Assembly: GCA_951406725.2 (NCBI GenBank)
Contig: OX597815.1
Coordinates: 64,604,001 to 64,668,000, forward strand
DNA: 64,000 bases
Reading direction: 5' to 3'
Source of the DNA: Octopus vulgaris
Taxonomy: Eukaryota
The stretch's first letter is position 1. Each line of letters starts with the position of its first letter. Made by a program: the position numbers and the translations under genes. Below are positions 43,607 to 57,362 of the stretch, piece by piece. The notes under the pieces were generated by a model that was given only the letters and a program-made list of their open reading frames with translations, made no database searches and was not told where the DNA came from.

Positions 43607-43694
43607 TACATATACATATACATATATACAGACACACAGGCAGAGATAGATTATAGGATTGGAGTAACTCCTCCAGTAGTAATAATAATAATAA

Positions 43695-44030
43695 GAGACC
43701 GAGCGCACTACACTAGCAGTGCAAGACCAAGCTTTGGCCACGAACTGGAGGATCAACCTTAGGAATGAGCAAGTGTCTCCGCTGTGCCGCATCAGCAATA
43801 GAGTGGATGAAATCATTGCTGATATCACGAACGAATGCCCTAGACTCGCCCGAAACCATTACAAGTTGTAGCGACAAGATCAGGTAGCGAAAGTGCCACA
43901 TTGGAAACTGTGCGAAAAGTGGATTCTTGGGAGAGGCAAGTCGTGGTATGAGAACAAACCATAGAGAGTGGCGGAGTCGGAGACTAGCAAAATCCTCTCG
44001 GATTTCCCGATCCAAACAAATCAGGTGTAC
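43695..44030 (+). mobile_element. R4-like LINE zinc knuckle/RLE fragment
   Basis: AVQDQALATN, PLCR, HWKLCEK, WYENKP, KILSDFPIQT; follows (TAA)n. Confidence 0.8.
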
Positions 44031-44039
44031 TTTCTTTCT

Positions 44040-47000
44040 TAAATGCACGAAATCTCAATGTGACATACGCAAGACGTTGAAACCAGCACCAGGAACCCTG
44101 GAGAAACACACCAGACACACCGATTACACATCAAGTACGTAAACTGAATAATTACTTATGTATGCAACTGTCTGTACATCCATGTGCACATGCTGATATT
44201 TACAAGCAACATATATAACACCTACACGACACACACGTACATACAGAAAATAAAAGAAAAACACGTGTCACGAGCGATGCCGAACAAAACAAAAACAACC
44301 GAATATAAAAAGGAGCAAATTAGTCACTCAGTTTAAAACATCACTAAACAGTCATGCTCGGAATCATGACAGCGGTGTCATGTCAAAAAGTCAACCCTGA
44401 CTCTCCTATTGTCACCGTCGATGCTTTAATGACAAGCCAAAATTCATGCTGAATCTGTCATCACCCTGGACAAGGACCGCGTTACCCAGTGGAGAACCAG
44501 ACTGGGTTCGAAAAGTCAGCTGCTGGAACAAACTCTTTAAAAAAATCAACTACCAGGTGACCAGAACCAGGCTAACCCTAGACCTGTAGTAACACCACCA
44601 AAGACACCACCTGAAACAAAATGCAGGAAATGGACAGGAGAGGATTACAGGGATGTGCTGAAAGCTCTCTATACAGCCCAACAAAAGTCAAACAATAATT
44701 TCATTGTACAAACGTACACGTCATGGAGAAACTTAGTAGGCAACAAAGTATGCAGATATATAGACGCAAATAAATTAAGTAATGTACGTAAAGACATCAT
44801 TAAGAACAAAAGGTTAACTAACGCTGAAATTAACCAAATTAGGACACAATTATCTCATGGTAGACCAAAGAAAACAGCAACAATGCAGATGAAATAGGCA
44901 ACGGATGCACAGAACACAGTGTACGAACAGTACATCCCAACGAGGAAGCTGAAGAAAGAATAGCGATGAAAAGATATGCGGAAAAAGAGGAGGAAGTAGA
45001 CCTACCTCAAGAACACCAGAATAGATATGACAGAATTTGAGGTGAATAATAAAGAGATCATGTATTATTTGTCGATGAACTTGCTTAGAGGAGTAAATGT
45101 TAAGACGAAACAAGCTAGAAAAATCAAACGAATATATAAAATCAAAGATTTTATAAACCTCCCTGCAATGAAGGACAACAGTGAAACAACGAATACAACT
45201 AAAAACTCAACAGTTCAGAAAATATGACAAAAGAAGGTATTCAAGACGGAAGCAAAAACATTTTATAGGAAAAATGGCAAAAGTAAGATAGAAGCAAAGG
45301 AGCCACCTAAGACTGAGGAAATGCAAGAGTTCTGAAAGAAGATATGGAGCAACAAAAAAGAACATAATGCTGAAGCTCACTTGAGAGAACGTGAGAAAGT
45401 GAGGCAGGATGAAGTTGAGCAGAAATATGAGGCAATGAGAGTAGAAGAGCTAAGATATGTTCTTAGAAAGTCTCACAAATGGAAAACTCCAGGACTGGAC
45501 CGGGTTCCTAACTTCTGGCTGAATTGTTTGACAGAAGTACACCAACATTTTGCTACATCCTTGACTGATGTCATCCAGAACCCAGAATAAATACCTGCCT
45601 GACTGATCGAAACAACAACATACCTTCTACCAAAAACTGGAGATATGAAAAATTCAAAGAACTACCAACAAATAACATGTCTCAACACCACCTACAAGAT
45701 TATCACATCGATACTAATAGAAAGAATATACACTTTCCTTGAACAGGATTCTATCCTTCCGCAAGGTCAAAAAGGTTGTAAAAGGAATTCTTATGGATGC
45801 AAAGACCAATTACTTTTAAATAAAATGATTGTAGAGAATTGCCGGAGCAAAAAGAAGAACCTGGATGTGGCATGGATAGACTACAGGAAAGCGTTTGATC
45901 ATGTCCTATACAAGGCCCTTTTCTTTTTTCTTTTTTGTGTGTTCTCTGTTTTATTCTGGCTTATATATCTTGCATTAGATGAGGTAAGTCCTTTATTTTC
46001 ATGTTTGATCATGTCCTACACAAGGCCCTTGAGATATATAAGATTTCTCTTGTCATCTCCAAATTCTTATAAGGTAGCATGGCCAAGTGGAATACACATT
46101 TCCCTCTACACTATATTAATGGGAAGAGCCAATCTAGCAATATCAACATCGAACGAGGCATCTTTCAAGGTGACTACCTCTCCCCATTACTCTTTTGCAT
46201 GGCACTGATACCACCCTGAGTAACACCAGCAATGAGCTCAAAATGTATAATATTATAGTAAATCGTGTTTTATATGGACGATCTGAAGCTGTTTGCTAAA
46301 AATGACGAAAAGCTACTAGTTGTTCTTTGTTCTTTGTTCTTAACAGCATTTACCCGGGGTGGGTTGAGCTGGCTTCATTCATCCTCAATACTGCATCTCT
46401 CACAAACGCCGACCAGACCTGGCGATTTGAGGCTAACGACCGCGTCATTTCCAACAATTCTTTATTCCAGCGGCGAACGCCGTAGACATGGTTGGGTTCC
46501 AGATCAGCCTTGATTGCCATCAGCCAAGTTTTCCGGTGTCCACCACATCGCTTTCGCCAACCCTGAAGGGGAGCTGGGGCAATTGCTTCGTAGATGAATT
46601 CTCCTGGTTGACGACGGAGAGCATGACCCAGCCAACGCTGGATGACTTGTCGGAGGGAGGTGATTCTGCACTGGTGTTGCACCGAATTGTTGGAGATAAA
46701 CGAAGGATGCGGCGTAGACAGAGGTGATCGAAGGATTCTAGTCGCTTAATATCTTCCACCCTCATTGGCCATGACTCGCTGCCGTAAAGGAGAATCGTTC
46801 GCACTAGTGCTTGGTAGATCCGTACTTTGGTGGTGTGTCGGATCTCAGATCTTGACCAGAGTCGTGCACTGAGTCGGTTGAAGGCTTGGCGAGCGAGGTC
46901 GATTCGTGTTTTAATGTCAGCCTCACCTTGACCTGTAGCTGTAATGATGGCGCCAAGGTATTTGAAACTCTCAACCTGATCAAGAATATCACCATTGAGG

Positions 47001-50000
47001 ACAATGGGTGTTTTGTCTGGTGGGGAAGATTCGGCTGTGAGGATTTTGGTCTTCGAGGCATTGACTTTCATACCAATCTGCGATACAACACGCTGGAGCT
47101 CATTGATAGCAAACTGGACGTCAGCAAATGTTTCGCCAAGTATCGCTATGTCATCTGCGTAGTCTAGATCCTTGACGGAAAAGTTGTGACCAACAGTGAT
47201 ACCGGGGAACTCCCTTAATGCATTTGTGGTGATCCAGTCGATGGCGTAATTGAAAAGAGTTGGCGAAAGAACACATCCTTGCCGAACGCCAGACCGTATT
47301 TCGAAGGGTTCCGACACTTCGCCATACACGCGTACGCGGGGTCTTGCTGAGCGGTAATAAGTTTTGATAATATTGAGAAGTTTAGGTGGGATACCATCTG
47401 CCTGCATGACCTTCCAGAGGGTGTCACGATCGACGGAGTCGAATGCAGCAGCAAAATCAACAAAGCAGATGACTGTCTTTTGCTGAAAGCACCAACGGTG
47501 TTCAAGGATTCGTGTTAGGGTGAAGATTTTATCGGTGCAGCCTCGATTTCGACGGAAACCACACTGGTTTGGTCTTGTTCTAGAGTCACGTTCTGATTGG
47601 AATCGTCTCAGAAGAATAGATGCAAATATTTTGGCAGAAACGTCAATCAGACTGATGCCACGGTAGTTGCTGCAGCAGCGTTTATCGCCTTTCTTAAAGA
47701 AAGGTACCAGTGCTGCGTCGCTCCAGTCTTGGGAGAGGGTTTCCGTATCCCAAACCCGGGTCATAACTTGATGAATCGCGGGCCCAAGTATATTTGCACT
47801 ATGCTTGAAGATCTCAGCAGGAATGTTATCTTCGCCGGCAGCTTTGTTATTTTTGAGCTTTCTGATAACAACAAGGACCTCTTCAAGCGTAGGGGGAGCT
47901 GTTTGGAAGTTATACAAGGTTGGGGTCGCGTCGATCGCAGGAGCAGATAAGGGGGGCTGATGGTCATGGTTCAGCAGATTGGCGAAATGGTCTCTCCAGC
48001 GGATGATGCGCTCAGTGAGATTGGTGATGTGATCGCCATTCTGGTCCAAAATAGTTTCGTTACCACTCCAGCCTGTCTTTCTGCTCGATCGAAGGAGGCT
48101 GTAGAGTCCCCATTAGATGCGGCGCATTCCATGTCTTCAGCCACCGTCCTCCAGAATTTATTTCGATCAGCGCGGGCAGAACGGGCAGCTTCACGGCGCA
48201 GTTGTCTGAAGGTATCGGATTGGTTGCATCGAGCTTGTTTCGCTTTTTCAGCAATTTCGATTCTTCGGCCTGAGATCCAATCTTTGTCTTTTCGCTTAGT
48301 AGTGCCGAGTGTTGTGGACATCACGGATTGAAGATTGTGTTTGACCGTTTGCCAGACTTCATCTGAGTAAGCAGATTGAGGGACTTCGAGCCCGTTAAAC
48401 CGATTTGTTAATTCAATACGGAATAAATGTTCGGTCTGGTTACTTTTTAGCTTCGAGATATCGTATCTTAAAGGCTTAGAGCAAGACTTGACGGCCTTGA
48501 GATGAAGACGTAGTTTTGCCCGTCTTAATACATGATCGGAACCATGTTCGCTGCCGGTTTCTGCGCCTCTGAACATTCGACAATCAAGGACGTTCTACGA
48601 TCAGCAGCTTCTAACGAGAAAATGGTCAATCTGGTTTGCTGCGACACCGTCATTGGAGTACCATGTAAGAAGATGTCGCCGTGGATGTTGAAAGCGCGTG
48701 CTAGAAACAGTAAGATGATTTGCAACAGCGAAATTGTCAAGTCTTTCACCATCGGCGCATTGATTGCCAATCGCAAACCGTCCCAGTATGTGGTCGTTAG
48801 TGGTGTTACTTGGTCCTCTGCGGGCATTCCAATCGCCTGCAACGATTAGAATGTCACTTGCGGGTATGCGACCAACAACTGCCTGTAAAGCATCATAGAA
48901 GGAGTCCTTATCTTCATCAGAAGCGGTGAGAGTGGGAGCGTAGACAACAACGGCACTGATGTTGATAGCTGAACATCTGAGGCGGATACGGGCTAGATGG
49001 GGGGGAGATAGGTTCCCAGGCAAGGAATGACGCATTGGCGCGATCGCTGAGAGCGAAGGCAACTCCATGAAGGCCAGAGTTATCAGTTGGTCCACTGTGG
49101 TAGAGATGGTATGATGCGTCGTGTTGGGGTACTTTGATTCTGCGATAACCAGAATCAGGAAGTCTAACTTCAGAGAGGCATGCAATATCGATATTATATT
49201 TGGAGAGAGAGTGCATCGTTAGTGCCTTTGTTTCTTCATGCATCAGGGATCTGACGTTCCAAAAGCCAAAGAAATGCGTTCTTCCATGTCGCATTAGCAT
49301 CCAAGTTCGCTAATTTAACACTCGCCTCACTGGGACAGCTAGCGCGTCGGCTCCCGCGGACGCCGTAGTAGCGTTTGTCATTGAAGAAGGTGCGATATGC
49401 ATGAGGAATATTTGAAGGATCTTGGGAATAGGAGGTTTGCTAGCGGTCTCCAGCCGCAAGTATATCCCTGTTGGGAGAACGTCTTGTTTGCCGTAGATTT
49501 TCCACAGACGCAGGGACAGGACGCGTTGAAGCCGCCGGTTGCCGGATCAGACGCTTCTGTTCACCAGAGCCCCGTTAACCGGGTGCGGCCCCGATACCGC
49601 TGGGTGTCAGAACAATCCGCCTTGGGTGACCCTACCAGAAACCGAAGTCTCCGATGGCATAGCTCTGACACTCCCGTTTCACCCCCTTACCACGATGAGG
49701 TGATACATAATTACACATTTATTGGATGGCCGTTGACTCTCAAGAGTTCCTCCTCCCTTTGACGGGTTTTGTTTTTCATCTCGCAGGGTGTCCAATAAAC
49801 ACCCTCCTCACCAGGCAATCTTGGTGGGGTTGCCGGTTTAGTCGCCGACGGCCCGACCATGCAACAGGTTGTACTGGGTTACATGTTACCAGTAGCACTC
49901 GAAGGGCTGTTAACAACTGTTAAAGAGCACAGCAACGATATCGGGATGGATTTTGGCCTTGATAAGTGTGCTAAAGCAACTTTTGTAAGAGCAAGCTCAA

Positions 50001-50475
50001 ACAAACAGGTTCCATTAAGTTAGATACCGACAGTACCATCAAGGAGCTTGCTCCACAAGAAAGCTATGAATAAATGAAGAGATTTGTATACAACATGCGA
50101 CTATGAAGGAAAAAGACAAGAGAGTAAGACTCATACTAAAAACTGAATTCAACCCCAAAAATCGCATCGAAGCCATAACACCCTGGCACTTCCGGTAGTC
50201 CAATATGGTTTTAACATCACTAACTAGAATCTTACAGAGCTCCAAGACCTGTACAGGAAGACAAGAAAACTACTAACATCGAAGAACATGCACCACCTAA
50301 AATCAGACGTTGATTTCTGTACCTACCTAGAAGTAATGGAAGAAGGGGGATGATGCAGGTAGAACTGTGCTATAAGGTCTCCACAATAGCAATGAATAGG
50401 TACTTATCTAACCCAGAGGACTGGATGCTGCAGCTTGTGGACGAACACGTAAGCAGCAAAAAATCACGTCTCTTG
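44040..50475 (+). mobile_element. Decayed Dong/R4-like LINE interrupted by an RTE insertion
   Basis: WKTPGLDRVPNFW, QKGCKRNSYGCKDQLL, AWIDYRKAFD, FYMDDLKLF | GLLTTV...IGMDFGLDKC continues across the insertion. Confidence 0.88.
46317..49900 (-). mobile_element. Near full-length RTE-clade LINE (APE plus RT), frameshifted
   Basis: WNVRSL, LSEVR, GDWNAR, NQIDH and SDH endonuclease motifs; QGCVLSP and YADD RT motifs; (AAGAACA)n tail; about 600-bp 5' UTR. Confidence 0.96.
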
Positions 50476-50547
<72 letters not shown>

Positions 50548-50569
50548 CATATACATAAATTCTGTACGG

Positions 50570-51291
50570 CTCTTTTACTCTTTCTTTTAGCCCCCTTCAC
50601 ATTTTCTTCGTTCTTTGACTTTTTCTCGCCCCCTCTCTCACATTTCTTAGCCTTCCCTTTATTCCCATGAGTTTCCCTTCTCCTTTACCTCACTCTCTCC
50701 CTTTCCTTTCTTTTTTCTCTTTCTCATCCTTCCTAATTCTTCAATCCCTCTGATCTTACCTCTCTCCTCTCCTTCCACGTGACCGGTTTTCCGCCAAGCC
50801 TGACCTTTCTTTCTTGGTTCGACTACCATCTGTGTAGCATCTCTTATATACCTTCCTTTGACTTTCATCATTTATGTTCCTGCTGTAAGGCTTCACTTCC
50901 ACACACTCCAGCTTAATTTAATTCCTCCTTAGTCGAAAGACACCTGTTGTTTGTATTTGTAATTGTGTACCATTTCTCCGTATGTTTTCGTCCTTGTTTC
51001 TGTATACATTCGCTTGCTTTCATCTAAAGAATCTAGTGCTCATAGTTTAGATTTTCTTGGGGCCGGCCAGATTGGAGCAGTCTCGAGTGTAACCGGCCGA
51101 ATCTGCAATGACGATCTGGAATTCGACTGAGGATAGAAAGCTCCGAATGACCCGTCCTTGTTTTTTCTTGTCCTTTTTTGTATCGTCTAACTGTCCGGAC
51201 GTTTTCTTGTCACCTGTTACGTTCTTGTTCCATTTTTTTATTTTGTTTTTTTTTATATATACATATAGCAGCGCAAGTGCACTTTGGGTCT

Positions 51292-51325
<34 letters not shown>

Positions 51326-51472
51326 TACATAGCGGTCGTGGTAGCATCAACTTTATTTTCTCTGCCCCAAGGCATATTCCTAACACGCCAGCAGAGTTCA
51401 ATTTGTCTAAGTCGAAAGACGCCCGTTTGTGATGTCCTGTTACCGTTATTATTATTATTATTATTATTATTA

Positions 51473-51503
<31 letters not shown>

Positions 51504-51810
51504 CATTATTATTATTATTATTATCATTATTGTTTTTACGGATTATTTTTGTATTCATATTCATGTAACATCGTTCGTTTTCTGTCCTTATTTCGTATAC
51601 ATTCGAAGCTTTTTTCCAAGGAATCTAATGCGCTTAGCTTAGTTTTTCCTTGGGGCTGGCCAGATTGGAGCAATCTCAAGATTAATCAGCCGAAATTTCG
51701 AGGATGATCCGGTTTTTGACTGAAGATTGAAGGCTTCGAATATCCCGTCCCTGTTTTTTGTATCGTCTTCTAAATGTTTTGCGTTCATGTCCCAGTTTGT
51801 ATTATATTTA
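50570..51810 (+). repeat. Two diverged adjacent copies of an unclassified TA-flanked repeat
   Basis: About 51030-51200 ~ 51620-51780 (ggggc.ggccagattggagca...gactga.gat.gaa.gct.cgaat..cccgtcc); agtcgaaagac is also shared. Confidence 0.7.
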
Positions 51811-52297
51811 TACATATATATATATATATCTTTCGTCTTCTATATGATTCAGTCCAAAGGCTCTGTGTGTGTGTGTGGTGATAGCCACAGCCTTTGAACT
51901 GAAACATATAGAAGACGAAAAAATTATATATATATATATATAAACTAATTTTCTTTCTGTTCCCTTCCTTCACATATACATGTCATAGCCCCTAATTCGC
52001 CTAAGTTATAGAGCACTCGCAGTGAAGATGCACTCAGGAGAGATTCAGATGCTCCTTGTCAAGTATATAAAAGTCTAACTAGACTACATATACATACATA
52101 ATACATACATACAAGCACACAAATAAACATGCATGTATACACACACACGCACACATACGCACACACACACACGCACACACACACACACACCTATACGTTT
52201 ACATCTATCTATCAATATATACATATATATATATATAAATATATGTATATATTCATACATATATATATGCATGTATATATCTATATATATATATATA

Positions 52298-52384
<87 letters not shown>

Positions 52385-52389
<5 letters not shown>

Positions 52390-54090
52390 AATCAAGGAAC
52401 GGCCATAATAGGCCATTCACCCACTAGAAATAACAGCCAAAGCTTCAACCGCAAAATAACATTAATTCCGCAAACCAGGAGAAAATTAAAAAACATTTAC
52501 CCTGTAATTTCTTATACGATGCACCGTTTCATCTACTGTTTAATGGTAAACTAACCTGATTAAAATAAATCAAGCCAATCTTCCTTAGATTCGTCAGTAA
52601 GAAATAGCCAGATCGGAACAGATATTTTCACGAGGCATTTCTGTCCCTGCCTCGGCAATATCTGACCTAAAATTTTCAAATCATCGCACTCGCGCCAAAT
52701 TTGGCGCGAGTGCGATGATTTGAAAATTTTAGGTCAGATATTGCCGAGGCAGGGACAGAAATGCCCTCGTGAAAATATCTGTTCCGATCTGGCTATTTCT
52801 GACGAATCTAAGAGGCCTATGGAAGATTGGCTTGATTTATTTTAATCAGGTTAGTTTACCATTAAACAGTAGATGAAACGGTGCATCGTATAAGAAATTA
52901 CAGGGTAAATGTTTTTAATTTTCTTCTGGTTTGCGGAATTAATGTTATTTTGCGGTTAGCTTTGGCTGTTATTTCTAGTGGGTGAATGGCCTATTATGGC
53001 CGTTCCTGATTGTGATGTTGAACGTATAAATGGTCTATGACTATTTAATTTTTTTCCCACTAGGCCGCTGGTGGCAAAAAAATTCTACAAAATCTTTTTG
53101 CCACCCTATATTGATTAATTATGAATTTTCTGGTTGATTCCGTAATGGAATCGGCGGCTTATATTTATTTGCTGCCGATAAATTTGGCGCGAGTGCGATG
53201 ATTTGAAAATTTTAGGTCAGATATTGCCGAGGCAGGGACAGAAATGCCTCGTGAAAATATCTGTTCCGATCTGGCTATTTCTTACTGACGAATCTAAGGG
53301 CCTATGGAAGATTGGCTTGATTTATTTTAATCAGGTTAGTTTACCATTAAACAGTAGATGAAACGGTGCATCGTATAAGAAATTACAGGGTAAATGTTTT
53401 TTAATTTTCTCCTGGTTTGCGGAATTAATGTTATTTTGCGGTTGAAGCTTTGGCTGTTATTTCTAGTGGGTGAATGGCCTATTATGGCCGTTCCTTGATT
53501 GTGATGTTGAACGTATAAATGATCTATGACTATTTAAGTTTTTCCCACTAGGCAGCTGGTGGCAAAAAAATTCTACAAAATCTTTTTGCCACCCTATATT
53601 GATTAATTATGAATTTTCTGGTTGATTCCGTAATGGAATCGGCGGCTTATATTTATTTGCTGCCGATAAATTTGGCGCGAGTGCGATGATTTGAAAATTT
53701 TAGGTCAGATATTGCCGAGGCAGGGACAGAAATGCCTCGTGAAAATATCTGTTCCGATCTGGCTATTTCTTACTGACGAATCTAAGGGCCTATGGAAGAT
53801 TGGCTTGATTTATTTTAATCAGGTTAGTTTACCATTAAACAGTAGATGAAACGGTGCATCGTATAAGAAATTACAGGGTAAATGTTTTTTAATTTTCTCC
53901 TGGTTTGCGGAATTAATGTTATTTTGCGGTTGAAACTTTGGCTGTTATTTCTAGTGGGTGAATGGCCTATTATGGCCGTTCCTTGATTGTGATGTTGAAC
54001 GTATAAATGGTCTATGACTATTTAATTTTTTCCCACTAGGCCGCTGGTGGCAAAAAAATTCTACAAAATCTTTTTGCCACCCTATATTGA

Positions 54091-54098
<8 letters not shown>
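52385..54098 (+). mobile_element. 488-bp HHR tandem array with a 315-bp 5' inverted arm
   Basis: Palindrome centre 52699/52700; unit starts 52697, 53180, 53668; (TA)n flanks. Confidence 0.93.
53277..53383 (+). ncRNA. Type I HHR with extended stem II (intact copy also at 53765-53871)
   Basis: ATTTCTTA-CTGACGA-ATCTA[58 nt]TAGAT-GAAA-CGGTGCATCG-TA^TAAGAAAT; 8-bp stem I. Confidence 0.88.
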
Positions 54099-54158
<60 letters not shown>

Positions 54159-54683
54159 GTGTGTGTGTGTGTGTGTATATATATATGTATGTATATATAT
54201 ATAATATGCACACGTTGTGTATACATTATAGGTCCACGTGTGTGTATATTCATGCAGATATGATTGTAATCACGTACATGTGTTTGTACTTTAAATATCC
54301 TATCTAATTGCGTGTGCGTGCGTGATTTCAACTATGTGTTTGAATGAATACACACGCGCGCACACATCCATACACCCATGCACACATGCATACATACACA
54401 TACATACATATATATATATTTGTATGTATATATACGTATATATATGTATGTTTAAATTTATACCTATATATTCAATGTTGTTAATCTTACCGTATATGTG
54501 AGTATATGTATATGGTAGAGAGAGGGAGAGCAAGAAGTTCAGTTAGAAAGCAAAAGAGAGATCGTGTGTGTGAATACATATGCTTACGTGTATGTGTGTA
54601 TGTGTGTTCATTTTGAGTGTGTGTGTGCGCGCGCGTGTGTGTGTATGTGTGTGTGAGTGTGTTTGCGTGTGTTTCTGTTTCAG

Positions 54684-54820
54684 CCAGCCATCTAAAATCG
54701 ACGGCATGACAGTAGATAATTGGCGTGTCATTATAGAAGCAAGTTTAACTCCGGGGCACTTTAACCTTCCAAATGCATCGTTCTCTGCAGATAATTGCCT
54801 CCAGGGCATATATAATCTCG
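54684..54820 (+). CDS. Candidate cadherin NC-domain exon: QPSKIDGM...SADNCLQGIYNL
   Basis: tttctgtttcAG acceptor, G|gttagt donor, open frame; resembles the recalled KP.RLNG...IDECL segment. Confidence 0.5.
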
Positions 54821-54987
54821 GTTAGTTCTGTAGATAACAAGACAACTACAATAACGACAACAACAACGACAACGTCAAACAACAACTCCTACTACTACAA
54901 CAACAACGAGGATGTCGATGTTGACATCGTACTTAAGCAAAAGCCCTATAGTGGCCTATAGGAATATTAAATATGAACTGCATACAT

Positions 54988-55018
<31 letters not shown>

Positions 55019-55049
55019 TACATATATACATACATATATATACGGCTGT

Positions 55050-55090
<41 letters not shown>

Positions 55091-55372
55091 ATACACACAT
55101 ACAAGCATACGTACATACATACATACATACATACATACATACATACATACATACATACATACATACATACATACATACATACATACATACATACATACGT
55201 ACGTATACAAATATATGAACGTATCGCGAAAGAGCTGGGGGACAGAAAGAAAGCGAGCTAGATACATAATTAGAGATGTATAATTTATACAGAGAAATAA
55301 GATGTATGTGGGTGGGTGTTTATGTACTTGCATGTGTACGCACCTATGTGTGTGTATATGAGTGCCTGTATG

Positions 55373-55452
<80 letters not shown>

Positions 55453-55499
55453 AAATCGGGGAGTGAAAGGACGGAGACAGTGAGACAAGGATATTGAGA

Positions 55500-56560
55500 T
55501 TCTATAAAATCGTGCAAAATTGAGGGTCAGTGTCCCATAACCTTTTAGGTCTTGTGATAATAGACGGTGGGATATCTGGGCGAGGTTAATTCGGGTGACG
55601 TAAAGTTTCATCTTTTGAAGTAGTAGACAATTTAATGGGGACTGGGAGGTTTGGTGAGAGGTTTTTTGTAAAGAATGGTTGAAGGAGGAGTTTTTGTAAA
55701 AGTAGCTAGGACACGTTTGATAAAGGTGTAGACAAGAGATGAGTGTAACGAGTGGTGGGCATAGACGAGCGGTGATAAGCAGTCTATAAATTCAGAGGAG
55801 CAGTGACTGCCCTCAGGATGATGGTAGACAAGTGGTCGGAGTGCGCTTATTGTGAAATTTGTTAATGAAACGGAAGATATCTTGATGAATCCAGTCAAGA
55901 AGTTGACTGCGAGTATTGAATACGCTGGCCTAAATGTGTGAACAATACTTTTATGTAGGCTGCAGTAATGGTTCCTTCGAAAGTCTCAGAATCTTTCTAG
56001 GAATAATATCAATATCTGACATTGACCATAATAAAGATTTGGTAGCGGAGAGAATGAGTGGTTGCTGTTTTATTGTCTTGATGTAGACTTCAGTCAGTTC
56101 TGGCAGGGAAGATTTATAATCAAATGTGTTCCAGCAATGATCATCAAGCTGCTTATATTTTTTTTTGTGTTTGGACAATGTGTATCCAGGTCCTCATCAT
56201 CCAATGTCTGTCTCCATTTTTTAAAACGGTTCAGTGTAATTTTAGAGAAATTTAGCTATTATTTCTAACAGATCCTTTGACCACTTAAAATCATCATTTC
56301 TGATTCATGTGGTTCCCTTCCTTTCACCTGAGTTTGGACGACCCAGTATGCATATCTACAGTTGTGGTTCTGCTATTGTCAACAGAGTTGGTAGTGGGGT
56401 GTCTTGAAAACGAATTGGAGCTGTTTTGTGCTGTTTTGTTTGTAGAACATATAATGAAGAAACACGTTTTGGTCTCTTATTTTAGAGATTGCACTGACAG
56501 CACAAGTTGTATCAAGAAATGATACAAAGTCTTCAAGTTGAAAAGAGACGAGAGGTATAT
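55500..56560 (-). other. Unidentified decayed, coding-like sequence (probable TE relic)
   Basis: Complex sequence with broken protein-like frames; no motif I can assign. Confidence 0.3.
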
Positions 56561-56619
56561 GGATATTAAAGAATATAATCTGATCTAATATATAATATGA
56601 TTGATAGCTAGCTAGCTGC

Positions 56620-56752
<133 letters not shown>

Positions 56753-57037
56753 TTTGTCATTATTACGCTCGTGTCTTTCCCGTGTTATTTAAATTTTACA
56801 CGAATAATATTTTTCTCGTAGTATTTCATGAGTTGCATTTATGTATATATATATATATATATATATACACATAAGGAACGTTAGCCATTTGAATGTGGCT
56901 AGGGACAGGGCAGGGCGGTGGGGGTGTTACTGATGCATTTAGCCCCAGGCGATCATCAACGTCACCAGATAGGCTGACACCATCACGGTGTCCTCTATCC
57001 TGCAAAGGGAGATCATTCCCCGAAGAAGCGGATGCCA

Positions 57038-57082
57038 CATACGGACCCAGGTTTCAAGGTATTTGCATATCGTCAACGTATG
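57038..57082 (-). ncRNA. Type I HHR (U3) in TA-flanked element 56872-57240, related to 9972-10517
   Basis: Minus strand: CATACG-TTGACGA-tatgcaaatacctt-GAAA-CCTGGG-TC^CGTATG. Confidence 0.7.
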
Positions 57083-57362
57083 GCAGGCACCGCTCCTCGA
57101 CGAACAACTTCCTGTGCAGGATATTTATATATAGATTTTCACGTAAATACATTTACTGATTTCGAAAATCTGTTCGACAGCAATAATAATTCTCTAAACG
57201 AGATATAGACAGTAACTGCTCCATCAAATAAGGGACATTATATATATATATATATATATATATTATTCTATTATTGAAAACAAGTGGATGTATTCCACCG
57301 AAACTAGGTAAATAAAACCATCGAACAGAGATTGTCGGAAGCGACACCTACTGGCTGGCTAC

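Noticed and set aside
47597-48849. Plus-strand ORFs over the RTE element
   Set aside because: Antisense shadows of the RTE ORF.
52385-53016. Palindrome as a pure sequencing fold-back artefact
   Set aside because: Flanks are unique on each side and older diverged elements show the same layout. Small indels near the centre may still be consensus errors, so a read check is needed.
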